Origin: Chrysemys picta bellii
Taxonomy: Eukaryota
NCBI RefSeq assembly: GCF_011386835.1
Contig: NC_088792.1
Span: 228,842,001-228,906,000 of the forward strand
Length of the DNA stretch: 64,000 nucleotides
Direction of reading: 5' to 3'
Below the pieces are notes generated by a model, which was not told the origin of the DNA, did not search any database, and worked only from the letters and a program-made list of their open reading frames with translations. The first letter of the stretch is position 1. Each line of letters opens with the position of its first letter. A program made the translations under genes and the position numbers. Shown one piece after another: positions 37,784-51,769 of this stretch.

Positions 37784-37855
37784 GGGTGAAATCCTGACCT
37801 CACTGATGTCAACAGCAAAAAAACTGTTGATGTCAATGTGTCAAGGATTTCACTC
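37784..37855. mobile_element. Short hairpin MITE
   Basis: TIR gggtgaaatcct / aggatttcactc; 3-bp TSD TAT (37781-37783, 37856-37858). Confidence 0.7.
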
Positions 37856-37944
37856 TATTTCTTCATTGATGTAAAGATGTTTGTTGCAATTCATAATCCT
37901 TTTATAGAGGAAATGGTATCAAAATCATTTCAGGAAGGTGTACT

Positions 37945-38352
37945 GGAGAGACTGGGTCACTCAGGGAATTAATAATGACTTCTAGGTGACACGTTTGTGT
38001 TTGGCCCAGGTCAGTGGTGACTAAAAGTTGTTACCAGCAATGGCTGTTTACTAACCTATATCAAATATGATATTCAGTATATGGTCTAATATACAAAAAG
38101 TTTTGCACATCGTAAGTGTCACTAATGGGGAACCTTCCTGACATTATCAGCTGAGAGGCCAAGGGCTGAATGGGCCTGGAGACTGAATTGCTCTTTCACA
38201 TCTTACTCAGTTGCTATCCTCACATCCAGATCCTTTAGGTCATTGTTGAAACTAATTGACTGCTCAGTGTGGGGACACTTCAGCTGACTGTATACAGCAG
38301 AGATAGCAGCAGTGCAATACATACACCTGCACTTTAGCTGTTTGATGGATAA
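37945..38352 (+). mobile_element. Near full-length LF-SINE-like element
   Basis: gcccaggtcagtggtgactaaaagttgttacca and gagaggccaagggctgaatgggcctggagactgaa match my recollection of the LF-SINE consensus. Confidence 0.75.
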
Positions 38353-39344
38353 GATGGAAGTGCTGTTAATAGGCATGTTACACTAACACCAAATTAATAA
38401 TAAATAAATAAAAGAAGGGTTTGCTGAAAATCAAGGATGCTTAACAATAGTAAAATGGGTAATTTTGCCATTTGAAAAGGTATATGCTACATCTGTTTTA
38501 CTAGCATTGACAAGGAGATACCTATGCTATAGATAAAAAACTTAGTTCTTTTCATAGATCCAATTCTAATTCAAATATCTGTACTGTATATAAAGAAGTC
38601 ATTGTTGCTTTTCTTAATTAAACCTATCAAAACACAGCTATATTGAAACTAGTATAGAAAGGGTTTAGCAGTTGTATTATTTCCCACTAGTCGTACTATA
38701 AAAGAATATGTTTTTCCTCTCAGCTATGTTGAAATTAACATTTTGGGAAGTGCAATGTGATGAGATCCATTACAGAATTGGTATTCCTTTGCTTAAAAAA
38801 ATAGATGTAACAAAAGGGTGTATGCCAAGAAGAAAATCAATCTTGTTTCAGAAACTTTATTATATTAATCTACTGGAACACTGTAAGGTCTCATTGTGCC
38901 TTTGCCTTCTTAAGGGTTTGCATGCAGGGAGGAAGTATCACAGAATCAAAAATACTTCAGTGGAGGATAAAAGTGATGGTGACTACAAGGACATTTGAGT
39001 TTATTTTAGGTAGGATAGTCAGAAACAGTACAAAATGAGTTTGAGCCAGATTCCAATCCTTGAGCAGTATCTTCTGTGGCATCTCACAGATTCAGCCGCA
39101 CGAATTAGGGGTGGTTGAGTGAGGGTAATTGCACTTGCTCAAAGTTCCATAGGCTGCAAAACCAGAGGGGCCATGGCCTAACCACTTTTATGCACTGGTC
39201 CTGTACTAAATCAATATGGCCACTGCCGGAGTAGTCTAAAGCATCACTTTGACTGCATGGGGACTAGAACTGGAACCCTGCCAGGGATTGAGGGGAAATG
39301 GAATTTTCTCCTTCCCTCAACAAATAACTGATTTGGTGCCACCA

Positions 39345-40410
39345 CATAGATACCAAGGCCAAATCATCTTGTGATTATCTAATCTGATCTCCTGTGTAAC
39401 ACAGGCCATAGGAAATAATTCCTAAAGCATTTTTTAGAAAAAAAAATCTAAACTTAAAAATTGCCAGTGATGAAGAATCTACTATGAGCCTTGGTAAATT
39501 GTTCCAATGTTAATTCCTCTCCCTATTAAAAATGTAATCCTTATTTCTAGTCTAAATTTGTTTAGTTTCAACTTCCAGCCATTGGATCGTGTTATACCTT
39601 TCTCTGCTCAATTGAAGAACACATTATCAAATATTTTTTTTCCCCAAGTGGGCACTTATAGACTATAATCAAGTCACCCATAAACCTTCTCTTTGTTAAG
39701 CTAAATAGTTTGCGCTCCTTGAGTCTATCACTAAAAGGCATGTTTTCTAATCCTTTAATCATTCTCATGGCTCTTCTCTGAACCTTCACCAGTTTATCAA
39801 CATCTTTCTTGAATTGTGGACACTAGAAACACAACATTTCAGCAGTGGTCACACCAGTGCCAAAGACAGAAGTAAAATAACCTCTCTACTCCTACTTGAC
39901 ATTCCCCTGTTTATTCATCCAAAGATTGCATTAGCCCTTTTGGCCAAAGTGTTGTACTGGGAGCTCATGTTCAGGTAATTATCCACCACGACCTCCAAAT
40001 ATTTCAGTGTCACTGCTCCCCCAGATAGATTCCCCTATCCTGTAAGTGTGGCCTATGTTCTTTTTTTCCTAGATGTATATGTTTACATTTAGCCGTATTA
40101 AAATACACCGTGTTTGCTTGCACTGAGTTTACCAACCAATCCAGATCATTCTATGTCAGTGACCTGTCCTCTTCATTATTTATTACTTCCCCAATTTTTG
40201 TGTCATCTGCAAACTTTATTAATGATCATTTTATGTTTTCTTCCAAGTAGGTCATTAATAAGTGTTAAATAGTGCAGTCCAAGAACTGATCCCTGTGGGA
40301 TCCCTCTAGAAACACATCATCTCAATGGTGATTCCTCATTTACAGTTACATTTTGAGACCTATCAGTTAGATAGCTTTTAATTCATTTAGTGTGTGCCAT
40401 GTTATTTTGA
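39345..40410 (-). mobile_element. CR1 LINE 3' portion (RT C-terminal half and 3' UTR)
   Basis: KVQRRAMRMIKGLENMPFSDRLKERKLFSLTKRRFMGDLIIVYK; FADD codons at about 40200-40215; CR1 tail at 39345. Same subfamily as the copy at 2599. Confidence 0.92.
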
Positions 40411-41088
40411 GTTAATTTTATGTCTTATCATATTGATTGAAGAAAAGAGAAAGGTTGACCCTAAAGCAAGGATATTTGAAAAGATTGGGGATGTCTATGT
40501 TAAAAATAATAGTACTCTAGTTCACTAATTTAGAAGCTGTTGTAAAAAAAGTATTTTAAAACATAACGGGGTTTGATGATGTTGCTTCTCAGCCACAGAG
40601 TTACTAATTATTGCAAAGAGCTTAATTACTGATCCAAAAGAGTCCCATTGACTTTAATGGATTTTGGACTAAGTCCACGTGGAGAAGGTCCCTGAGCTAC
40701 AAAGTTCGTATCTGGACCTGAATTCTTTCAATGTTTGGTTTGTGTTCAGATCTTCAGAGTTTTGGTTTGGTCTTTACAGAGGGAGAGGCTAGGCAAGAGG
40801 TTTATATCTGGACTTCCTTAAAGTCCAAGTGTGTGGTGTTTTAAAAAATTGTTTATTCAGGCCTCCTTCTATAATAATTTGAGACCAAATTTAAATGCAA
40901 AGTCTATGTGGGTAGTTTGACTAAACAAATACAGTACTAATTCTGCATGAAGAACTCTTTGGGTTTTTTTTTAAGATGGAGGGAACAAATCTTTATGGCA
41001 AATTTCTATCTTTTTGAAAACAGATAGATAAAAGGACCAACAGTTTCAAAAATAGGAGCCTAAAGTTAGGCTTCTAAATTCATATTAA

Positions 41089-41231
41089 GACCCCACCCAG
41101 TCCTGGAAACATGTACACGTGTGTGTAACTCTAAGCACACGAGTAGTCCCTCTGAAGTCAATTGGACTGGTCACATGCTTAAAGTTAGGTAGGTGCGTGC
41201 AGCATTCAGGTAGGTTTGCAGTATCAGAATC
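41089..41231. mobile_element. Hairpin MITE nested in another hairpin MITE
   Basis: Flanked by ttaa on both sides (41085-41088, 41232-41235); central ctgaagtcaat. Confidence 0.55.
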
Positions 41232-41569
41232 TTAACACCTAAATGTGGAGCCATATTTTCAAAAAATCTGCCCTCCGTTCACGTTGACTTCAATAACAGC
41301 TGTTGTGTGCTCAGTACTTTTGAAAATCAAAAGTCAAATTTTTAGCAGTCTAAATAAGGATTTAGAACTTTAGGTTCATATTTCTGAAAATCTGACTCTT
41401 GCTTTGTGTATGTACAGCACCTAGGTCAATGGGTCTCCAATCTCAGTTGATGCCTTTAAGCAGTACGGTATTATTTTAATCACCTTTCATCCCTGCTTCC
41501 TTTTGTTTCCCACGCCTGACTTTATTTACTATTGTAGCTGTATGCTTTCTTTGTTTAGAAAGGCATTTA

Positions 41570-42330
41570 GTCACATCTTGAATTCAGTTATGCTTCTTGT
41601 CCAGTGAGCTTCATAAACAACTTTCCTTATACTTTTTTCTTCCCAATTTTCTAATAGCAACATTGGATGGTCTCATTTTTGTATTCTTTGCACGTGCAAT
41701 TAGCTTGTTTTGCCCACAGATCATTTATTTTTCATTTTTCTGCAATCTGATTTTGCACTCTGCTGTTGTTTTGCATATTGTGGGATGAATATGTTTCGGA
41801 TGCATTTGTTCCTTTTCTGAAATATCCTGGCCAGTATGGTGCCATGCCCTCAGCAGATGTATTAGTGCCTTATCTGAGCATAATTCTCGCTTTTATTTGC
41901 AATATATCTCTAAGAATGCAACTCAGTATCTTGTTTGTCTTCGCTGCAGCTGCACATTGGGTTCAGGGCTGCAAGGATATTATTTTGCAATAACTCCCAA
42001 ATCTCTTTTCTGATCATTATGCCTCAGCACCTTTCCAGTAAGCAGATATTTCCTCTTTTTTATTCTTTGCTTTAAAGCTCATTATTTTGCATTTATCCGT
42101 ATTGAACCATATTTGCCATCTGTTAGCCAAGGCACTTTAATGTTCTAAGTCCTCCTATATTGGACTGCGGTGTTTCTCATTATTTACTCTTCTTCTCAAT
42201 TCAATATAATCTGCAAATATTGAAGGGTGAAGATATGGTAAGTGCTAGCTGGTCTTGTTTGTGTTTTTGAACAAATATAGGATGAGTTGGGATACCAGTG
42301 CAGAAAAATAATGAAAAAGAGTAATCATGA
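41570..42330 (-). mobile_element. Ancient, highly decayed CR1/L3-type RT fragment
   Basis: Minus strand WQIWFNTDKCKIM (about 42085-42125); FADD-like codons tttgcagattat at about 42205-42220; downstream TNKILSCIL-like segment. Confidence 0.7.
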
Positions 42331-43626
42331 TATTGAGAATGGTCCACTTCTGTACATATACATCCATACAGTTCATAATGCATCTTTCGGTGCAGAACTG
42401 GGTCCAATCTCAATATCAGGCTCTATACCCTTAATCAATAGATTCTGCATTATTTGGAAGAAGATTTTGCCAATATGTAAAGTTCATATGATAATAAAGG
42501 TCTGTGTAACATCGAAAGTGATTTATTGTGAGTCTCATGTAACAAACACACAACGTTCCCACAGGACGTATAGAGAGAGATCCTCAGGTGCTATCTGTTT
42601 GTGTAGCCCCAAAGAAGTCAAATTCACAAATTTGTTTGAAGTGGAAGATATTGCCATTTTTAACTAGGGAAGTTTGTTTTGTTTGTTACTTACCAAATTC
42701 TGCCCAGGTACAAATTGTGGATATTGGCAAATTGGCTCCAGAAGAAAAAATCTAGTACAGCCAATCAGAATACAGGGAACTAAGTAATCGGGGAAAGAGA
42801 ACTGCACAATTATGATTCAGTAAATGTATAAAATCCCTGGACTGATTGTTCCATTTCTATACAACATATAAATAACTAGATTAACCTGGCACAAAATAAT
42901 ATATACCAATGTTAGTAGAAATTATGTAATAGAGGTTCAAAGCAATGTTGTGAATGAATTACAAATCCTGGATAGAATTATTTATACAAGGGAGTACAGC
43001 TGTAATTACCCAGCCATTGACCAATATTATGGGATATTCATGCAACATCTTGATGCTGTTTAAAGTAGCATAGTCGCAAAAGATTTTTGTTCTACTGAAA
43101 AGTGCTGTAACGTGCTACAACTATACTTTAGCTCAAGAAAAATAAATGTCTTGATATTTTTTAGAACTACTGCAAATAAAGAACAGAATGTACAGAACCT
43201 GCCTTGAAACTGATGACCTTGGTACTACAGCCAAAGCTAAAATACTTAATCAAGTTAAAATTCACAACTATTTTATGGCCAAGAAATTAGAAATATATTC
43301 ATTTGTCATATTTTATGATAATACAATTTCCTTTCAAATATGTGTGTGCACGCGAGTTGTCACTTATTATTTTCTTGACTTGACTGTGGTTGTTTGATTC
43401 ATGTAGGTACAGCAGTATATCCGTGAGCAGTCAACTGCAGGATCGAAGCACCACTGGGCATAATTCTTAATTGCTGTGAGTGAGTCTCCTTGACTTAATT
43501 GTGACTATTTGCTTAACTAAAGGTGAGCAGATTCAGACTTTAAGGGCCTAATGCAGAGCACATTGATTTCAATTGTTTTTGGATCAGACCTAAGTCAGAT
43601 GTCACACTGATGAGTATAACACAAAT

Positions 43627-43650
43627 GAATGAATGAATGAATGAATGAAT
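43627..43650. repeat. (GAAT)6 microsatellite
   Basis: Direct read. Confidence 0.95.
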
Positions 43651-43652
43651 AG

Positions 43653-44075
43653 CAGAGCTGGCCAGAGGATGATGATTTCAACTGACAAAGGATTTTGAGA
43701 TTTTGAAATCTGGCTTTGTTTCCAATTAGATTAAATTCAAATATTTCAAAATTCTCTGCAAAGGCAAAATTTTAAAAAATATTGTTTCAAAGCAGTCAAA
43801 ATGTTTTTTTTTCTCCTTGACATTTTGTTTCAGTTTGAGCTTTTAATTTTTTATATTATATTGTAATATACATAAATACTTTTTTTTAAAACAAATTGAA
43901 ATGAAAATTTGTTTCAAAATGAAAAATTGAAATCTTTCATTCCAGACATGTTGAAATGTGTTCTTTTTTAAAATTATTGGAATTTTTTTCTGAAATTGAC
44001 ACAATTTCATAATTTAATCAGAACTGCATTGTCTGTCAGAAAATGCTTCCATCTGCATTTTTCTAAACAGCTCTA
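43653..44075. mobile_element. AT-rich hAT-like non-autonomous element
   Basis: Short inverted ends cagagctg / cagctcta; AT-rich, loosely palindromic interior; no TSD recovered. Confidence 0.45.
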
Positions 44076-44784
44076 GTGGATTGTTAATTATGAAGTGTTT
44101 GCAGGATAGGGCAATAGAAAAAACTACGCACAAAGCCACTCATAGCTTCTCTGCACTGTCACTTGTATAAAGCAGTTAGCTGAAATATAAGAAAATAAAG
44201 TGCATTGTTCCTCCCATTGTCATATTACATATTTACCTTTATAAATATCTAAAGCCATGTATTATAGAAAATAAAATATATAATATTAAAGGCAAAAGTA
44301 TGCGTTTTCCAGCTTGCACACAGAGTGAGGGAGATTTAGGTGAGTTTCAGATATGGTCAGTGTCTGGAGCAATGAGTAGCACAGTTGGGAATCATCTCCC
44401 CCACCCATTTCTTCTTGCCTCAAGGTCAACAGCCATCTGGTCTGACTCAAACTGTCTCTCCTTTGAGAGAAAGCTGCTTTTCCAATCATGCCCCAGAACA
44501 AAGCCAATAGCTGAATTATGGAAAATTTAGATTATGCTGTTCTAGCCATTTTCAGTATCCCAATTGTTCTGCAAATATGCTCCTGCCACATTTAATGTCA
44601 CAAAGTCAGCAGAAAGTTCAAGAAAGGAGTCCAGGAAGGGGGAGGGGGAATGTGAGGGGAAATGTGCTTTATACTAGCTTCACTCTGCACAGTAAGACAG
44701 TTCTGCAAAATGGCTAGTTTAGGTAACGAATCAAATTAAAGCTCTGAAACCTTTAAAAAAATGCTGACAATAAATGCTCTCTTA

Positions 44785-45087
44785 GGGTACATCCATGCTG
44801 CAAAAAAAGTCCTGCAGGAGCCTGGGTCAACTGACTTGGGTTTGCAGAGTTCATGATATAGCGCTAAAAACTGCAGTGTAGATATTCCCGCTCAGACTGG
44901 GCCCTGGCTCTGAAACCCAGCGGCGGGTGTGTGTGTGTCTCAGAGCCTGGCCTCTAACCCCAGTGGGAACATCTACGCTGCTATTTTGAATCCCCTGGCA
45001 TAAGCCCCGCAAGCCTGAGCCAGTTGATCCAGTCTCTGAGACTCGCTGTCACAGGGTTGGTTTTTTGTGTGCAGTGTAGCTGTGCTG
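44785..45087. mobile_element. PIF/Harbinger MITE (old, palindromic)
   Basis: tta|gggtacatccatgctgc at left; gcagtgtag at right; internal inverted ctctgaaaccc / ctcagagcc segments. Confidence 0.65.
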
Positions 45088-48000
45088 TATGCTCTCCAAG
45101 CTGAAACATGTCACCTTTCTCCCCTTCACAGATGGGGAAAGGACATTTTATACTTCTTTTAGGATCACATGAATATTTTGGCATATTTTTCCCATGAAGA
45201 AAATTCAAAATATCTGTACAATGCATGTCCTTACGAAACAAAAGTGTATTAATGCTAATCCTTTCATTCGCCTGGCAGCCCAAGTACAGAGGTAGCACTC
45301 CTCATTTAATGTGCATGCATTTTCTAACAAAAATAGCATAAACTGTATCCAGTGTGAATGCTATCCAAGCGATGAATTTCAAAATGCACTCTGTACCATA
45401 CAATGTGTATAAATACATATCATTTTGAATATATTGAGCCATTCATGCACTCTCTAGTAAGCAAATATGTAAGTGCTGACTAGTTTGTTTGGCCCATATC
45501 CTAATTCTGGTTCTGATAGTGACTCCCTCTCTTATCTTGGGCAAGTCACTTAATGTCTTGACTTCTTTTTTTCTTTTTTCAATAGGCAGACTTTCTCTTG
45601 CAGTCTTCATCTCAATCTCCTAAACATAAAACAGATAGTTTATCTGAAAAACTAAACAGTCTTTGATTAACAACCATGGGAATTGCAGGTATTAAAATCA
45701 TCCCCAAATGATACCATAGTGTTCCAGGAATCGATTAGGAATTTATTCTGAATTACAAAGAATAATTAATTAAAAAGTATAAGGACTACAGAGCTCACAT
45801 AAAGTATGCTCCCTTGAGTTCATGCCAAGATCTATATGCATGCAAAATGTCATAAATAAGATTTAATTTACAGTATAATTTGCTTCTTCAATAACAAGAG
45901 GAATACAGAGAACAGTGATTTTCTTATTTATTTTTTGTATTGCTATTGAGCCTTCCATAACTATACCTATTACAATAACTTTAGCATTGACATCAGACCA
46001 AGATGGTCTGAAGCACAAAATATTATTCCAGTACTTAGAATTGTAGCAGTGGCAATACTCTAGAGAAGATAGTCCCTCAAATTTGGCTCTGTAAAACAGC
46101 AAACCATAATGCTCTTGTCCTCAATTGGCAAGAGTTATTAGACTATCAAAGCCACAAGTGAGTTATGAAGATCTTTAAAACATACAAACTTAACAGAACA
46201 ATACTCTTCACATTCTGTTTATTACAGATATATGTCTCGTGTTGATAGCTCTGGGGGCTTCTATTAGATCCTTTATGTTTCTTCCCTTCTTAGGCCCGTA
46301 GTAACTAATGGCCAAATTTTCAGTGGTATTTAGGCTTTTAAAGCTATAAATGGGTGCCTAGTGGGATTTTAAAGATATTTAGGCATTGATGCTTTCAGTG
46401 TTGCAATGGCTAATTGATTTAAAAGCCCAAGATGCTTTTTCAAAAGTGATTTAGACAATGGGATTTTGGCTTCTAAGTGCCTAAATCACTTCTGAAAATG
46501 AAATGTAGGCTTGTAGATCAGTTAGGCATTGCAATGCTGAGAGCAGTAGCACTTAAATACCTTTATAATCTGGGCCTTAAGCACTTGCTTAAATCCCTCC
46601 GCATCCAGGACAACACTTAAACATTTTTCTTTAACTGCTGTCCTAAACAAGGATGTTTTGCTGAATCTGGGGTATCGAAGTTAATGAGACTAATTCTGTG
46701 CTTAAAGTTCCCCATGTGTTTAAATACCTTGCTGAATCAGGGCCACAGCTCTGATGGAAACATTTAAGTTCTGAGGCATGGGTGGAGTTTCATGACATCC
46801 CCCAACTGCAGAATCATATCAGCTTCGATTATAGTTTGTGAAATATATAAGTTGATGTTGGTTATGTTCTGTATATATAGACATCACATACAGGGCATCA
46901 ATCTGTCTGTATACAGAGACCAAACGATGTGAAGGTATGTAGTAGACCTACTAACATCATAGTCCTTTTAAAATACTTCACAGAATAAAGATTGTGTATG
47001 AAAGAGACAGGCAGATCTATTTGTTTTCTGTCCAAAAGGTTGAAGGCATTAACTGCCATTGTTATAAGTAACAAGTTTGTCTTTACTGTCTAGTTTAAGT
47101 AGCATTGGCTGAATCCAACAACTCTTTGCTTGCAAAGCTTAAAGATTAAGATCATATATATAGCAACAGCCTGTATTATTTTTTGTCACTGCTGTCATTT
47201 GTGCTCTCAGCATAGTGGAATTTGGACAAGCATGCTAATTCAGAAAATATAGGCTTAAAAACGGTGTCAAAATATATGCTTTTCATATTAGCAAGAATTG
47301 TGATTTAGTTTTCACTTTTTTTACTAGCCCCATCTGAACCCAAATCAAGTTAACTTTCGTTCCTCCTGCTGTTGTAATTTCTGTCTAATTCCACAAGAAC
47401 CACAATTAAAGGCACAAGGCATTACATTACTATTTTGCTCACGAGTAGTCCCATTGAAATCAATGGAGATAACTTGTGGAGTAAGGCACTACTCACTACA
47501 AGTAAGAGTGGCAAAATCTGGCCCACAGTTAATTATTTGGGGCTGGATTGTGCCACCATTGTCAGTTCGTATTAAGTAGCAGCATGTTGCAGCACCATCC
47601 CAGGGAAGGAAATGTTGCTCAGGGAAACACAATTCTCTCCGTGCTCCCCACCCACTACTCCCTTCAGGGGGTAGTTGTATATACCAAAAGCAAATATTCC
47701 TGCAAACTAAGCAGTGGAATGGGGGACAGATCCAAGACAGAGGGTCAGATTCCACCCCTATTTACCCATTTTCTACCCACATGTTTAGGAAGGGGAAGTA
47801 GCAGTTGCACATCTCCTACTTACTTCCGCATGCCCAGACCCAAGATCTGGGTTTCCCATCCAGGGATCTCAGAGGGATTTTAACCCATAGAGATTGTTTG
47901 CACCCCTCTAGGGATATGGGGGTACAACTCAAGTAGAATATTGAGAAAAGTTTATTTACTACTCTCTTTATTTCTGTTTACCGCAGATCTCATGGGCATC

Positions 48001-48676
48001 TACCTAAACTAGCAGTCTTGGAACAAAATGAAAACCTGGGTCATAACATGGGGAGATGAAATCCTGGCCTCTTTGAAATCCAGGTCAAAACTCCCATTGC
48101 CTTCAGTGGTGCAGGAATTCAGCCTGGATGTTTTTGCTTGGGGGATAATCCTTTCTGGATACACAGCGGCAGTAAAACCCTTTTGACTGGTCTCTCTCTG
48201 TGTAATCAAGCATGAGAAACAGGAAGGAGAAAAGGTTCTGACACTGTAATAAAAATGTTCAGAGGTAATTAGAACTATATTTCATGTACATTTTCTCAGT
48301 CTTTGCCTTTGTTTTTTTCCTGGCAGGGCATAGAGATGAAGCTCCTTGGCCCAGAAAAGTTTGAATGCCGCTGAACACACAGACCAGTGAGTTGGTTGGA
48401 TGTCTGATTATCTGTTTTTCCCCTGAAACAATTCACGAGACCATTTTGAGTGACATCAGTGCACGAGGCCATCGCTAGGTGTGACATGATAGCATTCAAG
48501 AGTGTTGATTGGCTGCTGAGAAGTTTCAGAATGTTTCCTGAGATGATGTCATTCACAATGATACCTGGCAAACTCATGACCTACCCACAGGCAGATTGGC
48601 TATTTTTTAATTAGAGTTAGTTTAAGCCTTTAGATTCATCCTTGAGCAAGGGTGGCATGTAACTGCTCCACACTAA

Positions 48677-50423
48677 AGGTATGTCTACACTGGCAGAGTT
48701 AAAGCGCCAGCAGTTACAGTGCCACTTACAGAGAAGGGAAACTGCTGTTGTGTGTTCACACTGTAAGCTGCCTACACAATAGCGTGTTCACACTTGTGGC
48801 ACTTGCAGAGGTATTCAGAGCAGTACACTCTGGGCAGCTATCTCACAGAGCATCTCTTCCTCTTCTGCCGCTAAAAGTTGTGGGAAGGTGGAGGTAGTCT
48901 CAGGGCATCCTGGGTCCTGTCCCAATGCCCCGTGATGCATTCCTTCGCATCCCAGCAATCCCTGTGCTTCCATCTGCATTTGGTGTACTGCGCGCTCTGC
49001 CTCTTCAGTCTGCAGGAATGGATCCTGCACTGATGACCAATATGCTGCTCGCTCTCACTAACACATCACGAGTGGCAGTGGAGTTATTCCTTAAACTACA
49101 AAGGCAAGAGGAGTGCGACATTAATCTCTCTATGTATAGTAGCTAAGACACGAGATTGCTTGTGGCATTCACGGAGGTGCTGACCACAGTGGAACGGAGC
49201 TTTTGGGCTTGGGAAACAAGCACTGAGTGGTGGGATCACATCGTCATGCATGTCTGGGATGACAAGCAGTGGCTGCAGAACTTTTGGATGAGGAAAGCCA
49301 CATTCATGAGACTATGTGATGAGCTCACCCCAGCCCTGCGGTGCAAGGACACGAGAATAAGAGCTGTCCTGTCATTGGAGAAGCATGTGGTGATTGCACT
49401 GTGGAAGCTGGCTACTCCAGACTGCTATCGATCTGTCGCTAACCAGTTTGGAGTGGGAAAGTCGACCATTGGACTCATGTTGACGGAAGTGTGCAGGGCC
49501 ATTAATCGCATCCTGCTCCGAAAGACCGTGACTCTGTGCAATGTGCGTGACGTTGTGGATTGCTTTGCAGAAATGGGCTTCCATAACTGCGGAGGGGAGA
49601 TAGATGGCACACACATTCTGTTCTGGCACCAGACAGACCACCTAGTCACCAAGTACATTAATTGGAAGGGGTGTTTCTCAATGGTTCTCCAGGCACTTGT
49701 GGATCCCGTGGGCGTTTCACAGACATTAACGCAGGCTGGTCAGGAAAGGTGCATGACGCATACATCTTTTGGAACACTGACCTGTTCAGGAAGCTGATTG
49801 TGATTGGTGCAGACGATGCACTATGAAGATTTAAGAAGATTTAAGAAAATTGCCTGTTGCTTAGCAGGGCTCTGTTTGCTTTCAATAAATGGAATAAAGA
49901 TTGTTTTAAACAATTTTTTTATTAAAAACAACAACTGGAGGAGAGAAATAAACAAAAAAACACATCAGCACTGAGGGGGATGAGGGAAGGGAGGACACCC
50001 AGGAGGAGGTGGGATCCCGGGATGGTTAAAGATTTGTGTATGTCCAGGTATCATATGCAACTTTCTCCTTTGGAATGCAGCGCAGAGGGATGGGTGTTGA
50101 GTGCAGTGGATACTGGGAGTCTGCAGGGCCGGACTGTGATGGGGCAGGAGTAGAATGCAGCGGGTACAGACTGGAGCCAGGAGGTTGATAGGAATGTGTC
50201 AATCGCCAATCGCAGTGCTGTAATCGCCACGGTGTCTACACTGGCACCACAGTGCTGTAGCCCCGACGCAGAAAGCTGCATGCCTCTCGTCGGGGTGTTT
50301 TTTTTACAGCACTCCAACTGCGCAGTTTCTGTGCACTAAGCGGCTTGGCAGTGTGTACGTCTCGGGAGTTACAGCGCAGAATGCGGCTTTACTGTGCAGA
50401 AACTTGCCCGTGTAGACAAGGCC
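48677..50423 (+). mobile_element. PIF/Harbinger transposon, internally deleted
   Basis: TIRs aggtatgtctacac / gtgtagacaaggcc; TAA TSD (48674-48676, 50424-50426); contains a transposase remnant. Confidence 0.93.
49018..49797 (+). pseudogene. Harbinger (HARBI1-family) DDE transposase remnant
   Basis: WLQNFWMRKATFMRLCDEL, ALWKLATPDCYRSVANQFGVGKST, IDGTHI (first catalytic D). In-frame TAA at 49144-49146; frameshifts after GTHI; GKVHDA in a shifted frame; truncated at about 49797. Confidence 0.92.
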
Positions 50424-51769
50424 TAAGAGCAGGCCTATCAGAGGAATGCAAATCAGAATCATACTCCTTTCCCTTTTCCCTCTTGCTCAAGGGGCATGTA
50501 AGTTACTGCAGCCTTTAAAAGGAAACAGCTCACTTCACCATTGGTGACTGACTAGCTATTCTTGGTGCATGTGGGGGGAGGGAGAGTGGTCAAGTATTGT
50601 CTGCCCCTCTCCACCTGCTCCCTGTCCTTCTCCACACCATCACTGCCCCCTCCATCCTGTCACTGCCCACTTGCTCATGTGGAGAGTCGGCATCTACCAA
50701 GGAGAAGCTGCCCTTTGCTCCAGACCCAATATCTGGACAGGTGGAACAATGAAGTGGAGACAGGAGATTGCTCTCCCTTACTCCCTTGCTATGTAACGCA
50801 GAACACAATCTAACCCTTAGTCAGGCTGATCAGGTGTATCAAACACCGATCCTTCTCTAGGGGAAAGACACTTTGAGGATGAGTATGTTTTAGGGTACAA
50901 TCTTTCTCTTCAAACTACAGACTCCAGAAAGCTGGAACAGGGAGAAAAGACACAAAGATGAATACAAATTTCCATTTCTTTTTGGGTAAGAATCAAATTA
51001 ATAAAAATAAATTATTTTTGAAGACAATAAAGGGTGTAGCTGCCTGGAGCATTTTGTTTGGCCTTTCTGGATGCTAAAAATAAGTGTGTGTGTGTGTGTT
51101 TGAATATAGCATCAAGTTAACTACAAAGGACAAAAATGCAATTGTTTATGCTGCTCTGCACATGCTCCCTCCCTGTTTTCACTGCCAATGCCTTCCTCTT
51201 CAATTTCATTTTTTAGCTAGTTTCAGACCTTGTTCTTTAATATGAGTTGCTGCTTCGCCCCCCCCCCCCCATTGAATTTCTTATAAAACTTTCAGTTCGT
51301 TGCTGTGCTTTCTATGAGGCTAGAAAACATTACATGCCAACAGAACAAGCCAAGATTAGAGCCTGCATTCTGAGCCATCTGGAAGAGTAAATTCCAATAG
51401 AGAGTAAAGCCTCAGGCTTTTCGACAAAGCATGAAAAGCTTTACCCAGCCTGACGTACACTCCCAAATTCCATAGATAGTCCCTTGCTTTCCAGTCAATT
51501 ATTATATAACAATCATTGCAGTATTTCTCCGGTATATCAAATTCCCCTTTTAGAGATGCTTGTTCAGATGATTCTGGACAATAGTAATTTACTGGATGTG
51601 CCTTGGCAGCCTCCCTCTAAATCAGTACAAAGAAACAGTCTCTCTCTTTTCTCAGTATGGGAACCACACTGCTTAGGTACCACATCATCATTGTCCCTGC
51701 TTATTTGATATTGCTTTGGAACTATTCAGTACACCTTCATTTACTTTCTGCAGCATCAGCATCTTAATG

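Noticed and set aside
42287-42667. 126-aa plus-strand ORF
   Set aside because: Partly antisense to a decayed CR1 RT fragment; no recognisable protein or splice context.
47961-48060. Very strong acceptor-like tract (ctctctttatttctgtttaccgcag); similar tracts at about 30010, 37505 and 38720
   Set aside because: No convincing donor or recognisable peptide follows; such tracts are common by chance in AT-rich introns.
49372-49658. Minus-strand ORFs over the Harbinger element
   Set aside because: Shadow ORFs antisense to the transposase remnant.
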